The notes beneath the pieces are model-generated. The model was not told the DNA's origin and did not search any database. It saw nothing but the letters and a program-made list of their open reading frames with translations. Positions 48,885-60,154 of a stretch of DNA of 64,000 nt are shown piece by piece. The DNA is from Bacteroidia bacterium (lineage in GTDB: Bacteria > Bacteroidota > Bacteroidia > NS11-12g > UBA9320). Within the stretch, counting starts at the first letter, position 1, and every line of letters starts with the position of its first letter. The stretch lies in the NCBI GenBank assembly GCA_965216465.1, contig CBDCFW010000006.1:640001-704000 (forward strand), given 5' to 3'. A program made the position numbers and the translations under genes.

Positions 48885-50544
48885 GTTTCAATAAATCTAT
48901 TTTGGATTGTATTTCGTTCACCATCGACTGGTTTCCTAGTTTGAGGTATACCGATTTTGCATGCTCTAAGGTTTCTATATCCTTGGGATTCAACAACATA
49001 GCCTTATTTAACCATTCTATTGCACCTTCATAATCTCCTTTTTTATAGAGAATCCACGCTTTAGTATCCATAAAATAGGGGTTGGTTGCATCAAGTTTCA
49101 ATGCCTTATCGCAGAGTGAGTCGGCAAACTCAATTCGTTCACCTCGTTCTGCCAAGCTATAAGCAAAGTTGTTGATTGCCACAGCATTAGATGGTGAAAG
49201 CTCTATTACTTCCTCAAAAACCTTATCGGCTTCCCGAAACCTTTTCAGCTCATTAAGTGCAGAAGCTTTGCAAAGCATCAATTCGAGTTTATCTTGTTTC
49301 TCAAAGGCAATATCCAGTCCTTCATTAACGGTTTCAATTGACTCTTCAAACTGTTTTACGTCTAGCTGAGCATATCCCTTTGCCGCGTATAGCCCAGGAT
49401 TGTTTGGAAAGATCTCTATTGCCCTGCCTGCATCGATCACTTGAACTCTTGGATCTCCAATTTTAGCGTTAGCACTTAAAAGTTTAGTCCAAACCCTAAA
49501 GTCTGTTTCGTCAACCTCTAGGCCTTTAAGTAGGAATTCTCTTGCCTTATATATGTTATCTAATGTTCCATAGTAATCCGCTTTCAGAACATAGGGTTCA
49601 AGTGAGTTAGGATAGGTCTCAAGTAAAATATCGCTAAGTTCATTCAATTCTTGACGTGCACTTATACTAGACTTTAAAACCAAGAAGTATCTGCTTATCG
49701 ATTGAAGTTTTTGTTGTATGGAGATATCGTCTTTAGAAAAAGCAATTTTTAAGTTTTCAAAGGATTCTTTCTTCTTTCCTTGCTTGCCGTACAACTCATG
49801 TAAGGCAAAATGAGCTAGTCCATTATTCGGATCTTGGAGTTTAATTTTCTCAAGAACTTGAATACCTTCATCTACTTTCCCGGCACGTATTAATGCATTC
49901 GCCAAATAACCTTGGAAAGCGATATTCTCAGGATATCGATTAACCAACTTTTCCATTTCAAGAATAGCTAATTCGTTCTTGCCCTGCTTGTTATAGATGT
50001 ATTCAAGACGTGAAGACGATATTTCTTCAATGCCAAATTTGTCCTGCATATTCTTAAGCACACCAATCGATTCCTCGGTTTTGCCAGCATTAAAATGTTG
50101 ATTAGCAGCCTCTATATAGTACTTTCTGACTTCGGGTTCTTGAGCTATCATTTGCTCAAAGATTTTCGCTGATTCAGTGTACTTACCGAAGCGGTTGTAG
50201 AACTGTGCAAGCTGGCCCATGTACCACTTGTTATAATCGGGATTATGCTTGACTGATTCTTCGGCCCATACCAATGCTTCGCTGTACTTATTCAACTGGT
50301 AATACAGTTTCGCCAATTGATACATTGTCGCATGGCTTTCGGGATAAATTTCGAGAGCTTTCTTGTAAGATTGAAGCGCTTTCTCGTTGTTATTCAACAC
50401 CTTATGCTTTGCAGCATCGTAAAAGTGTTGCTCAAAAATTTTTCGTTTGTTGTGGTTTAAACCATCAGAAACACCTCGAGTTGATCTACATCCTACTGAT
50501 GCTAGTAGTATGAAGACAAAGGCTATCTGTATTGGTTTAATCAA
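48874..50544 (-). CDS. Tetratricopeptide repeat lipoprotein
   Basis: Multiple TPRs; NNFAY..DTKAWI. Confidence 0.88.
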   Translation of the reverse strand: MIKPIQIAFVFILLASVGCRSTRGVSDGLNHNKRKIFEQHFYDAAKHKVLNNNEKALQSYKKALEIYPESHATMYQLAKLYYQLNKYSEALVWAEESVKHNPDYNKWYMGQLAQFYNRFGKYTESAKIFEQMIAQEPEVRKYYIEAANQHFNAGKTEESIGVLKNMQDKFGIEEISSSRLEYIYNKQGKNELAILEMEKLVNRYPENIAFQGYLANALIRAGKVDEGIQVLEKIKLQDPNNGLAHFALHELYGKQGKKKESFENLKIAFSKDDISIQQKLQSISRYFLVLKSSISARQELNELSDILLETYPNSLEPYVLKADYYGTLDNIYKAREFLLKGLEVDETDFRVWTKLLSANAKIGDPRVQVIDAGRAIEIFPNNPGLYAAKGYAQLDVKQFEESIETVNEGLDIAFEKQDKLELMLCKASALNELKRFREADKVFEEVIELSPSNAVAINNFAYSLAERGERIEFADSLCDKALKLDATNPYFMDTKAWILYKKGDYEGAIEWLNKAMLLNPKDIETLEHAKSVYLKLGNQSMVNEIQSKIDLLKRED

Positions 50545-51547
50545 ATTTTTGTGTTGAATAATCGCTAATACTCAACTGATTAGATGAACCGTCATATTCT
50601 ACGAAGTTCCCAATCATTGAGTTGTTGATTTTAGCATTGCTAATTGAACTGTTGGTTTGAATAATTGTGTTCTCAATAACGCAATTCTCAACAACAGTAT
50701 TGTCACCAATTGATACATATGGACCAACCTTTGAGTTTATTAGCTTAACGTTCTTACCAATATAGCATGGCTCAATTACTTGTGAGTTTTCGCTAGACAT
50801 AGAAGAATCAACTAGAAGAGTTCCGTTTGCATTGGCTAGTACACGCTGGTTGGTGTATACCGTAGCGTTCTTATTTCCGCAATCCCACCATTCTATAACT
50901 TGGCCTGGAACCAGTTTAAGTCCATCGTTCTTCATATTGTCAAGAGCGTTAGTAAGCTGGTATTCACCTTTCTCACGAATGTCATTGTCTAAGATATGCT
51001 CAATTTCTGATTTGAGGCGAGCACCATCTTTAAAGTGGTAGATCCCAATAATTGCTAGGTTTGATTCCGGATTCTCTGGTTTCTCTTCGAAATCAATAAT
51101 CATACCTTCGTCGTTCAGTTTAACAACACCAAATGCTCTTGGGTCTTCTACTTCTTGAACCCAGATTGTTCCATCTGCAGATTGATCTAAAGAAAAATCT
51201 GCTCTAAACAATGTATCAGCAAAGGCTACAATCACTTCCCCTTCTAATGCTTGCTTGGCACAGTAAACAGCATGAGCCGTTCCCAATGCTTCTGATTGGT
51301 AGTTGATGCTTCCTTTTGCGTTTAAGCTTTCGGCTATTTGAATAAGATCTGCTTCAACTTCTTTTCCAAAATTGTCTCCAATGATAAAGGCAATCTCTCC
51401 AATATCTCCTTTAACAACTTTAGCAATATCTTCAACCAATCGCTGAACAATTGGTTTTCCTGCAATTTTGATTAATGGTTTTGGCGTGGTTAGTGTGTGG
51501 GGTCTCATTCTTTTCCCCATACCTGCCATTGGTATGATAATATTCAT
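50537..51547 (-). CDS. Sugar-phosphate nucleotidyltransferase
   Basis: PMAGMGKRMRP..PKPL, EKP, C-terminal left-handed beta helix. Confidence 0.9.
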   Translation of the reverse strand: MNIIIPMAGMGKRMRPHTLTTPKPLIKIAGKPIVQRLVEDIAKVVKGDIGEIAFIIGDNFGKEVEADLIQIAESLNAKGSINYQSEALGTAHAVYCAKQALEGEVIVAFADTLFRADFSLDQSADGTIWVQEVEDPRAFGVVKLNDEGMIIDFEEKPENPESNLAIIGIYHFKDGARLKSEIEHILDNDIREKGEYQLTNALDNMKNDGLKLVPGQVIEWWDCGNKNATVYTNQRVLANANGTLLVDSSMSSENSQVIEPCYIGKNVKLINSKVGPYVSIGDNTVVENCVIENTIIQTNSSISNAKINNSMIGNFVEYDGSSNQLSISDYSTQKFD

Positions 51548-51565
51548 TTATAAGTATATTCTATT

Positions 51566-52006
51566 TTAAACTCCTGTGTGACCGTAACCTCCACTGCCTC
51601 TTTCCGTTTCATTAAGGCTGTCTACAACTTTAAATTCTATTTGCTCAAATTGGTTAATAACCATTTGTGCGATTCTGTCTCCATTTCGCACTTCGAAGTC
51701 TTCATTTGAAAGATTGATAAGTACCACTTTAATTTCCCCTCTGTAATCAGCATCAATGGTGCCTGGTGTGTTAAGCACAGTAATACCATTTTTTAAAGCA
51801 AGTCCGCTCCTGGGTCTAATTTGTGCTTCATATCCTTCAGGCAAAGCGATATGTAATCCTGTTCCTATTAGTTTTCTTTCTAAAGGTTTAATTTGGATAA
51901 CTTCTGCTTCATCTAAATGAGCCATAAGATCCAATCCCGCCGATTGACGTGTTTGGTACTTTGGTAAAGCATTGCGACTATTATTGATAACAGAAAGCTC
52001 GATCAT
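51566..52006 (-). CDS. dut: dUTP diphosphatase
   Basis: [36 protein letters not shown]. Confidence 0.97.
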   Translation of the reverse strand: MIELSVINNSRNALPKYQTRQSAGLDLMAHLDEAEVIQIKPLERKLIGTGLHIALPEGYEAQIRPRSGLALKNGITVLNTPGTIDADYRGEIKVVLINLSNEDFEVRNGDRIAQMVINQFEQIEFKVVDSLNETERGSGGYGHTGV

Positions 52007-52018
52007 AAAGGGGCAAAT

Positions 52019-53452
52019 TTATACTTTTCTAGCTCTAATTATAAGGATGTAACCCACTAATGCGTAAACAAGCAATAATGCGAGTTTGAACACATATTGA
52101 ATATAGCCCTGAACAGCAAAATATTCAGAGAAGATGTATAGCCCAATTGACAATAAAATCAGTGAAATAACTTTACCCAAGTTATAGGGCACGGGATAGT
52201 ATATTCGACCTAAGAAGTAGCTGATTATCACCATCGTAAAGTAAACTATTAACGTGGTGATTGCTGCGGCTAAGAACCCATATTGGGGTACATATGTAAA
52301 CAGTAATGCGATAGTAATACCCGCTCCAATTACTGAAATTAATGCTCCCAATTTTGTTTTATTGTTCAGCTTATACCAGATACTTAAATTAAAGAATATT
52401 CCTAAGAATAAATTCGCCAAGAGCAAGATTGGAACTATTGTTAGTGCATCTGGATGACTGTGATACTCTGCCTTTCGAATCAGTAGTTCTGCTATTTCTT
52501 GCTTCAACAATGCTGTTCCAAGAAATATAGCTCCACATACTAAAACAAAATAGTCCATCACCTTTGCGTAAGATTCTTTGGCATCTGACTGTTTAGACTC
52601 TGAAAAAAAGAATGGTTCAGCCGCATATCGAAACGCTTGAATGAAAATAGTCATAATCATACTCAAGCGATAAAATGTTCCATAAACACCAATTTCATAC
52701 TCCGGGTTTTTGTCAACTAACAAATGCTTTAGAGCAACGCGGTCGAAGGTTTCATTTACGATTCCTGCAAATCCAAGAATAACTAACGGCCAAGAGTATT
52801 TAAACATCTTTTTCCATAAGGCCCCCTGGGGGCGAGTGTAATGCTTTATAGCATAGGGTAGAAGCATGAGAAATTCAACCGCACTGGCTATTACATTTGA
52901 TATGAACACGTATTCGATGTTTTTCTCCGTTCCAGTCATATCGGGGTAGTACACAATGAAGAAAACATTAAGAACTACATTAATTACGATCCCCGTACTC
53001 TTTATAAATGCAAATTGTTTGGCCTTGTTGAGATAGCGCAGCAAGGCATATGGAATAGACTTAGTTGCATCTATAGCCATAACCAGTGTAAACCAAAGCA
53101 CGTATGATAAGTTTTCTGGAAAGCCAACAAAATCAGCGATATTTTGCTGATTGAAAAGCATGGCAGCTACAAAAAAGGCAACCACAACAATTACCGAGAA
53201 TATTCCAGTTGAAAAGACTTCTTTGTACTTAGATTCTTCTCGAGCAAAATTGAAAAATCCAGTTTCCATACCATGAGGGAGAATCACAAAGAAGAAAGCA
53301 GCATAGGCATAGAACTCAACTTGAGGAGATAGCAGTTCAGGAGTGAAATAGCCTGCAAAAAAGAATATTAGCAAGAAATTAATGAACCGCCCAACAATAC
53401 TGGGGATTCCATAAATAGCGGTATCACTGGCTAACCTCTTTATTAAGCTCAT
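52019..53452 (-). CDS. Polysaccharide flippase / MATE-like protein
   Basis: 12-14 TM helices; QAFRYAAEPFFF. Confidence 0.85.
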   Translation of the reverse strand: MSLIKRLASDTAIYGIPSIVGRFINFLLIFFFAGYFTPELLSPQVEFYAYAAFFFVILPHGMETGFFNFAREESKYKEVFSTGIFSVIVVVAFFVAAMLFNQQNIADFVGFPENLSYVLWFTLVMAIDATKSIPYALLRYLNKAKQFAFIKSTGIVINVVLNVFFIVYYPDMTGTEKNIEYVFISNVIASAVEFLMLLPYAIKHYTRPQGALWKKMFKYSWPLVILGFAGIVNETFDRVALKHLLVDKNPEYEIGVYGTFYRLSMIMTIFIQAFRYAAEPFFFSESKQSDAKESYAKVMDYFVLVCGAIFLGTALLKQEIAELLIRKAEYHSHPDALTIVPILLLANLFLGIFFNLSIWYKLNNKTKLGALISVIGAGITIALLFTYVPQYGFLAAAITTLIVYFTMVIISYFLGRIYYPVPYNLGKVISLILLSIGLYIFSEYFAVQGYIQYVFKLALLLVYALVGYILIIRARKV

Positions 53453-53517
53453 TGCTATGCAAATCTAAGAGGACCAACGCTGCGGCTATACACAATAGCA
53501 CATAACTTGTCTAATAA

Positions 53518-55821
53518 TCACGATGATTGACCGAAGGTATACGAAATCTGGAATCTCACGCTTCGCGGAGGACCAAGATCTCCAGGTCTTATTACGTACT
53601 CTCTGTTGGCAATATTGGATGTTATTATGCTCATATTCAACGACTTTGAATACTTGTAACTCAACCTAACATTAGCGAGTAAATAAGTGGTTTGATTTAA
53701 ATCAAGCGAAGTTTGAATGCCTGGAACGATAAAGCTAACTGGAAAGCTAACGAACGCCGTATCGATGTTATTGATAGCCGACTGATATGCAAGTCCGGCG
53801 CCTAATGACAATTTCTTATACTTCACCATTACGTCGGCATTGAATTGGTGTCTAGGTCTATATTTCAATTCTCTTGACTCTGGATTTGAACTGGTATTAT
53901 TGAAACTCAGTTCAGTGTTCTGTATATCTGTGGCGATAATCTTATCCGGTTCCAAAGCCTCAGTATTCGATAACGTATATCCTATAAACCCTTGAATATC
54001 TACGACTTTACCCTCATTCTGGAAAGATAATGTTGCTTCATAACCATTGATCTTAGTTCTCCCCGTGTTTACGGTAATGAACCCGGCACCTGTATTTGAA
54101 AAATCAACAAATGGACCCCACTGGCCGAAGGTAAATTCCATCATATTGGTAAATGTCATTTCATAAGCTGCAGCATCAAGTAGGAACATCACCGATTTTA
54201 CTTTGAAACCTTGCTTGATTCCAAACTCAACGTTAGTGCCTGTTTCGGATTTCAGCTCGGCATTAGGAAAGATGCTAACTGGACCTACATTGGTAGTTAT
54301 AAACGATTCAGCAATGGATGGGAAACGATATCCCTCACCATAACTAAACCTCAAAAAGGTAAAATCATGTGCTTGATAATTGATTCCGCTTCGGAATACC
54401 GGTTTGCCTTCCGTTCTTCCATCCAAATTATAAAATTCATATCGTGCACCTCCACTCAAGAGTAGCCTCGTCCATTTTTTATCGAGCTGCACGTAGCCTG
54501 CAAGATTCGACGTTGAATGGGCCCCGTCAAACAATGGGGAATTAGTTTCGCTTGCAATCGTAACAATACCACCCGTAGCATTAAACTTCTTCTTAGGCAA
54601 CTGATAACTGCTTCGATACTCTCCATAAACTAGATTCGATTTATTGGTTTGATCAACCGATGGATCATTGTTGTCGATGCTATTATCTACTCTTAAGTAT
54701 CTTGTATTCACACTGTGATTGAAGTTTCCAGTTTTCCACTTGATATAAGGATCAAGATTAAAGCGAATGGCCCGGGTATCGGTTATATCACTGTCGAGTG
54801 CAGTATACCCCATTTGCCAAGACTCCCACAACAAGAAACTTCCCGATTTGCCATATTGAGCAGATGCATTCACGCCGACGATTACATCTTTATCATCTAG
54901 TTTTTTTCGTATTCCAAAGTTGCTACGAATCCTATTATCGTAGTCGCTCATTTTGTAGCCCTCATCAAGTAAGCCGTTGATTCCGAACGTGATACTTCTT
55001 CCATCGTGTATTCCACTATGGAAGTAAGAGAAGTTAGATATCGTGTTTTTATCACTTCCATTATAGTTGAGTGATGCCCGCTGCGGATTAGAATAGAGTC
55101 CACTCGAAATGGTGAATCGTGTAAAAGGTTCTTCCTTTGGAATTCGTGTTTTGATATTGATAACTCCGTTTAATGCCGATGATCCATAAATAACAGAACT
55201 CGCCCCTTTTATAATTTCAATTCCTTCAACTCCTTCGGTTGGCACAAATGTCCAAAGTGGTTGACCTGCATCACCCGACAATAAAGGCATACCATTTACA
55301 AGCACTTGAACGCGAGAACCGACTCCGTAGCTCCACCCACTACCTGATCTTATAGTAGGTTGATTATCTACAACTTGCACCCCATTTATCCGGCCAATAC
55401 TTTGTTCTAAATTGGTGGGAGAAGTTGACTCTATCAGGTCTGGTTTAATGATTTCAAGCGATACTGTGCTGTTCTTTAACTGACTTTGTCTGCGGTTTTC
55501 ACTAACTACGATCGTATTAAGAAGGTCGCTGTCTTCTTCCATACGAATAATCATGTTCATCTGTGGTTTAACCACTTGATCTCTAAATCCCAAATGTTTA
55601 ACAGTAAGCACGTTAGCCGATGAGATGAAGTTGAAATCTCCGTTCTCATCTGATATAGCTACAATTCTATCTTGTTCATTATCAACGAAATGCACACCAA
55701 TAAGCGGTTGTTCAGCTGATCCAATTGCAATAACTTTTCCTTGATAAGTGAAGGTATTTTGAGCAACTCCTGAGAAAGTCAAAAAGAGCAAAATCGCTTG
55801 TAAGTACAGGGCAGGTTTCAT
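53518..55821 (-). CDS. TonB-dependent receptor (likely start ATG 55821)
   Basis: Plug motif IEIIKGASSVIYGSSALNGVINI; beta-barrel; signal peptide MKPALYLQ... Confidence 0.92.
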   Translation of the reverse strand: MKPALYLQAILLFLTFSGVAQNTFTYQGKVIAIGSAEQPLIGVHFVDNEQDRIVAISDENGDFNFISSANVLTVKHLGFRDQVVKPQMNMIIRMEEDSDLLNTIVVSENRRQSQLKNSTVSLEIIKPDLIESTSPTNLEQSIGRINGVQVVDNQPTIRSGSGWSYGVGSRVQVLVNGMPLLSGDAGQPLWTFVPTEGVEGIEIIKGASSVIYGSSALNGVINIKTRIPKEEPFTRFTISSGLYSNPQRASLNYNGSDKNTISNFSYFHSGIHDGRSITFGINGLLDEGYKMSDYDNRIRSNFGIRKKLDDKDVIVGVNASAQYGKSGSFLLWESWQMGYTALDSDITDTRAIRFNLDPYIKWKTGNFNHSVNTRYLRVDNSIDNNDPSVDQTNKSNLVYGEYRSSYQLPKKKFNATGGIVTIASETNSPLFDGAHSTSNLAGYVQLDKKWTRLLLSGGARYEFYNLDGRTEGKPVFRSGINYQAHDFTFLRFSYGEGYRFPSIAESFITTNVGPVSIFPNAELKSETGTNVEFGIKQGFKVKSVMFLLDAAAYEMTFTNMMEFTFGQWGPFVDFSNTGAGFITVNTGRTKINGYEATLSFQNEGKVVDIQGFIGYTLSNTEALEPDKIIATDIQNTELSFNNTSSNPESRELKYRPRHQFNADVMVKYKKLSLGAGLAYQSAINNIDTAFVSFPVSFIVPGIQTSLDLNQTTYLLANVRLSYKYSKSLNMSIITSNIANREYVIRPGDLGPPRSVRFQISYTFGQSS

Positions 55822-55858
55822 ATTTTCGTTAAACACAAATGTACTTAATAGCTCGTTT

Positions 55859-56578
55859 ATGAAAAGAATTCTACTTTTTTCCCTCGTTTTGGCTTTCGGT
55901 TTAAACATGTATTCTCAGAATTGTGTAGTTGATAATAACATAACTGACCCTGGAATCTATCCGGAGTATATCGATACTGCGAAGATTGATGAGCCCTATG
56001 AATTTACAATTCAAGTTCTTGCTATTAAAGACACCATGGTAGACTTTAATGGCACACCAATTAATGCCACTATTGACTCCATTAAACTTTGGGGTGTTGG
56101 TGGTTTGCCTGGAGATTTTGATTTTGCTTGTGAACCGACAAACTGTGTATATACCAATGCCGCTGTAGGCTGTGTTAAGCTTTTTGGCAATCCAACAAAA
56201 CAAGATGTAGGTGTACATCAATTGGAGATTTATACAACCGCTTATGCTCGATTTAATTCGTTCAAACTTCCTCAAAATGATACAATCTTAGACTACAAAT
56301 TGGTTGTACGAGATACAGGATCGGCTTCGATTCATCAAGTTACCAAGAGCAATGTAGAAATCTTTCCAAATCCAAGCGTTGATGGCAAGTTCACTATACT
56401 CACAAAGATGGAAATTTCAGATTTTAACATCTATGACCTGCAAGGTAGAAGCATAGAATATGAGCTTAAGGAACACACAAATTCTATTGAGGTTCGCATG
56501 CTTACATCAACACCAGGAGTATACTTTGTTCAATTGAGAAGCGGTGACCGAATTATAGAAAAACGCATAATGCGATAA
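55859..56578 (+). CDS. T9SS type A sorting domain protein
   Basis: Signal peptide; IFPNPS..IYDLQGR..GVYFV. Confidence 0.88.
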   Translation: MKRILLFSLVLAFGLNMYSQNCVVDNNITDPGIYPEYIDTAKIDEPYEFTIQVLAIKDTMVDFNGTPINATIDSIKLWGVGGLPGDFDFACEPTNCVYTNAAVGCVKLFGNPTKQDVGVHQLEIYTTAYARFNSFKLPQNDTILDYKLVVRDTGSASIHQVTKSNVEIFPNPSVDGKFTILTKMEISDFNIYDLQGRSIEYELKEHTNSIEVRMLTSTPGVYFVQLRSGDRIIEKRIMR

Positions 56579-56627
56579 GCATCGTAACCATGAGTTAAAG
56601 AATAGCCTTATCTTTGCACCACTTAAA

Positions 56628-59009
56628 ATGGCATCACAAGTGGCGAACAAATCCTCTGAAGCAATTTCAAAACAGGAATTTACAGAACAAGTTATTTCAG
56701 ATTACATCTTAGCCTACAAAAGCAGACAAACGTCGCTTATTGGAAGAAAAGAAGTTTTAACCGGTAAGGCAAAGTTTGGAATTTTTGGAGATGGTAAGGA
56801 AGTAGCTCAAGTGGTTATGGCTCGATTCATGAAGAATGGAGACTTTAGAGCAGGCTATTACCGTGATCAAACTTTAATGTTTGCACTAGGACTTAGCGAT
56901 GTTCAGAAATTTTTTGCTCAGCTTTATGCTCATCCAAGTGTTGAGCATGAGCCAGCGAGTGCAGGTCGAAGCATGAACGGTCACTTCGGAACACGCATGC
57001 TGGATGACGAAGGCAACTGGCTGCCTCAAACAGATCGAGTTAATATATCTTCTGATATTTCTCCTACCGCCGGGCAAATGCCTCGTGTTTTAGGATTAGC
57101 ATTCGCATCTAAGGTTTATCGTGAGAACAAAGACCTTCATTCAAATACCGATTTTTCAAATCAAGGGAATGAAATTGCATGGGGTACAATTGGTAATGCT
57201 AGTACTTCAGAAGGTCACTTTTGGGAAAGTATCAATGCCGCAGGCGTTATGCAAGTACCTATGTTAATGAGTATTTGGGATGATGAATATGGAATCTCAG
57301 TACACGCAGAACATCAGACTACTAAACAAAACTTAACTTCAATACTTTCTGGATTTAAAACGGATAAGTTTGGAACCGGAATTGAACTTTTCACTGTGAA
57401 TGGTTGGGATTATGCAGATTTAATGAATACCTACAAAAAGGCTTCAGAAATCTGCCGAACCAAACATACTCCGGTTGTAATTCATGTTAAAGAATTGACT
57501 CAACCTCAAGGTCACTCCACTTCAGGTTCTCATGAACGTTACAAGTCAAAAGAACGTTTAGCTTGGGAGCAGGAACATGATTGTGTTGCAAAGATGCGTT
57601 CATGGATTCTTGACAATAAGCTAGGGACCGAAGAAGAGATTGTAGCACTTGAAAAAACTGCATTGAATGAGGTTAAAGAAGATAAGCGAGCAGCTTGGAT
57701 GGCCTTCACAAAAGAGATTAAAGCCGAGCTAGCAGAAGCTGTTGAAGTAATTGCAACTGTTGATGTAGATGAAGCCAATGCATTAAAGGCCACTATGGAT
57801 CCAGGAAGAAAGGATATCCTTAAAAGCCTTCACACTGTAATTAGAAATAACTTAGGTTCAAATTCGGCGGATGCCGTGAAAGCATATTACGATACTTATT
57901 TAGCTAAGTATCAAGATATTTATAGCTCTCACCTGCACAGTCAGTCGCCTCAAAATGCCTTGGGCGTTGAAGAGGTTAAACCGGAGATTACTGATGCATC
58001 TGAAGAATTAAATGGGTTTGAGATTTTACAAAGATGTTTCGACAATCTATTGACTAATCACCCTGAAGTAATTGCTTTTGGTGAGGATGTTGGTAAGATT
58101 GGTGACGTAAACCAGGGATTTTCTGGCTTACAGGAAAAGCACGGAGATACAAGAGTTATGGATATGGGTATTCGTGAGAATACCATTATTGGTCAAGCCA
58201 TTGGAGCTTCGTTAAGAGGCTTGCGTCCAATTGCTGAAATTCAATATTTGGACTATTTGCTTTATGCTATTCAAATGATGAGTGATGATATTGCAACACT
58301 TCAATACAGAACTAAAGGAGGTCAGAAATATCCGCTTATTATTAGAACAAGAGGGCACCGTTTGGAAGGAATCTGGCACAGCGGATCGCCGATGGGGATG
58401 ATCTTAAATGCTGTTCGCGGTATGAATGTATTGGTTCCTAGAGATATGACGCGTGCAGCTGGATTCTACAATACCATGATGAAGTCAGATGAACCCGCCC
58501 TTATTGTTGAGTGTCTGAATGGATACCGATTAAAAGAGAAGTTGCCGAATAATCTTAGTGATTTTACCGTTCCGGTTGGTGTACCGGAGGTGCTCCAAGA
58601 AGGAAATGATGTAACGCTTGTAACCTATGGTTCGTGCATAAGAATAGCTCAAGACGCACTTCCAAAACTGGCGGCAAAAGGTATTTCTGTTGAATTGATT
58701 GATGTTCAATCGTTGTTACCTTTTGATGTAAACCACATGATTGTTGAGTCTTTGAAAAAGACGAATAGAGTTGTGTTTATGGACGAGGATGTAAACGGTG
58801 GTGCAACTGCATTTATGATGCAAAAAGTGCTTGAAGAGCAAGAAGGGTATCGCTATTTAGATAGTGCACCTAAAACGCTAACATCTCAAGATCACCGTCC
58901 GGCATATGGAACTGATGGAGATTACTTCTCAAAATCAAATGCTGAAGAAGTGTTTGATGTTATTTACGGTTTGATGAATGAATCTAACCCAACCGAATTT
59001 CCTAAATAA
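56628..59009 (+). CDS. 2-oxoacid dehydrogenase E1, fused alpha/beta subunits
   Basis: YYRD, TPP-binding region, GHSTS, GEDVG, AEIQY, transketolase C-terminal domain; TATCTTTG promoter at 56609-56616. Confidence 0.92.
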   Translation: MASQVANKSSEAISKQEFTEQVISDYILAYKSRQTSLIGRKEVLTGKAKFGIFGDGKEVAQVVMARFMKNGDFRAGYYRDQTLMFALGLSDVQKFFAQLYAHPSVEHEPASAGRSMNGHFGTRMLDDEGNWLPQTDRVNISSDISPTAGQMPRVLGLAFASKVYRENKDLHSNTDFSNQGNEIAWGTIGNASTSEGHFWESINAAGVMQVPMLMSIWDDEYGISVHAEHQTTKQNLTSILSGFKTDKFGTGIELFTVNGWDYADLMNTYKKASEICRTKHTPVVIHVKELTQPQGHSTSGSHERYKSKERLAWEQEHDCVAKMRSWILDNKLGTEEEIVALEKTALNEVKEDKRAAWMAFTKEIKAELAEAVEVIATVDVDEANALKATMDPGRKDILKSLHTVIRNNLGSNSADAVKAYYDTYLAKYQDIYSSHLHSQSPQNALGVEEVKPEITDASEELNGFEILQRCFDNLLTNHPEVIAFGEDVGKIGDVNQGFSGLQEKHGDTRVMDMGIRENTIIGQAIGASLRGLRPIAEIQYLDYLLYAIQMMSDDIATLQYRTKGGQKYPLIIRTRGHRLEGIWHSGSPMGMILNAVRGMNVLVPRDMTRAAGFYNTMMKSDEPALIVECLNGYRLKEKLPNNLSDFTVPVGVPEVLQEGNDVTLVTYGSCIRIAQDALPKLAAKGISVELIDVQSLLPFDVNHMIVESLKKTNRVVFMDEDVNGGATAFMMQKVLEEQEGYRYLDSAPKTLTSQDHRPAYGTDGDYFSKSNAEEVFDVIYGLMNESNPTEFPK

Positions 59010-59032
59010 AAAAGAGCGGCCGAAGCCGCTCT
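59008..59032 (-). terminator. Intrinsic terminator
   Basis: AGAGCGGC-CGAA-GCCGCTCT hairpin preceded by an A run (U tract on the minus strand). Confidence 0.8.
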
Positions 59033-59064
59033 CGATTAATAGTTAGTTGTAATAGTTCGTTTAT

Positions 59065-59466
59065 CTATTTCTTTAGTGAATCTCTAATCTCTGTAAGTAG
59101 ATCAATTTCACTTGGCCCGCTTGGTGCAGGTGCTTCTTCTGGTTTTTTCGTCTTGTTGTAAGCTTTAACGACTAAAAACATTACAAAACCTACTGTGATA
59201 AGGTTAATGATAGCGTTAATCCAAGCTCCGTAACGAATTGCATTTTCTGGTTTTGCATCTACCCCTTCTGCTGCTTCAACTGCTGGATCTAATACTATTT
59301 TTAAATCCGCAAAGTCCATCCCCCCAGCAAAGTGACCCACTACAGGCATCACTATGTCTGAAACAAATCCATTAATAACTAAGCCCATGGCCCCCGCCAT
59401 GATTACCGCAACCGCGAAGTCGATAACATTCCCGGTCATAATGAAGTTCTTAAATTCTTTGAGCAT
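59065..59466 (-). CDS. mscL: Large-conductance mechanosensitive channel (likely start ATG 59466)
   Basis: MLKEFKNF..GNVIDFAVAVI..LLTEIRD. Confidence 0.95.
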   Translation of the reverse strand: MLKEFKNFIMTGNVIDFAVAVIMAGAMGLVINGFVSDIVMPVVGHFAGGMDFADLKIVLDPAVEAAEGVDAKPENAIRYGAWINAIINLITVGFVMFLVVKAYNKTKKPEEAPAPSGPSEIDLLTEIRDSLKK

Positions 59467-59548
59467 AATTGTTTGTTTTAATTGATTAGCAAAATCGCAA
59501 ATCTTGAACACAAAGTACAATCATGTTCTTGAACCTCACGGTGTTAGG

Positions 59549-60154
59549 TTATTCACAATGAGCTACTGGAGCAGCCTTATTGATGGTATATTTTCTGTTA
59601 TTTGAAAGATTAAGGCAAAGAACACGCGTTCTTCTATTCTCAATTTTTTGATAGGTATGGTTTCTAAATACGAAGTTGGAACCTAATGGAAGTTCGTCGA
59701 GTAAAACTAGATCGTTCTGCTCTGTTAAATTAAAAGCCTTTTCAAGACTTACATTCACGCCACTACACGCTTTAGGCGACTTCAATTCGAGCAGAACGGC
59801 TTTATAGAGCTGCTCATTTTTTGCAAAATCTTCGTGCATAGAAAAGAGATTGAACACCAGACGAAAGTTGTTTTTCCATTCTTTTCCATGAGGCTTAACA
59901 GCCTTGCCAAAATCAACCTGAGTTTTTAAATGTGCAATTTCGTGTACAAGTGTGAATAGGAAGCGAAAAGAGTTCTCATCGTGATTAACGCTAATCACAT
60001 GATGGTTCCCTAAACTTCTGAAATCTCCACGTTTTGTTTTCCGCGGTTTAGTGATTCTAAGTCTACAATTATTGGCCTCAAGATATTCGAGAATTATTTC
60101 AGCCTTCCGCTCAGAAATGTGTTGTGAGAGATAGGTTAAAGGCTTCATTAGCAC
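59549..60154 (-). CDS. SprT-like zinc metalloprotease
   Basis: HEIAH, HGKEWK. Confidence 0.88.
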   Translation of the reverse strand: MLMKPLTYLSQHISERKAEIILEYLEANNCRLRITKPRKTKRGDFRSLGNHHVISVNHDENSFRFLFTLVHEIAHLKTQVDFGKAVKPHGKEWKNNFRLVFNLFSMHEDFAKNEQLYKAVLLELKSPKACSGVNVSLEKAFNLTEQNDLVLLDELPLGSNFVFRNHTYQKIENRRTRVLCLNLSNNRKYTINKAAPVAHCE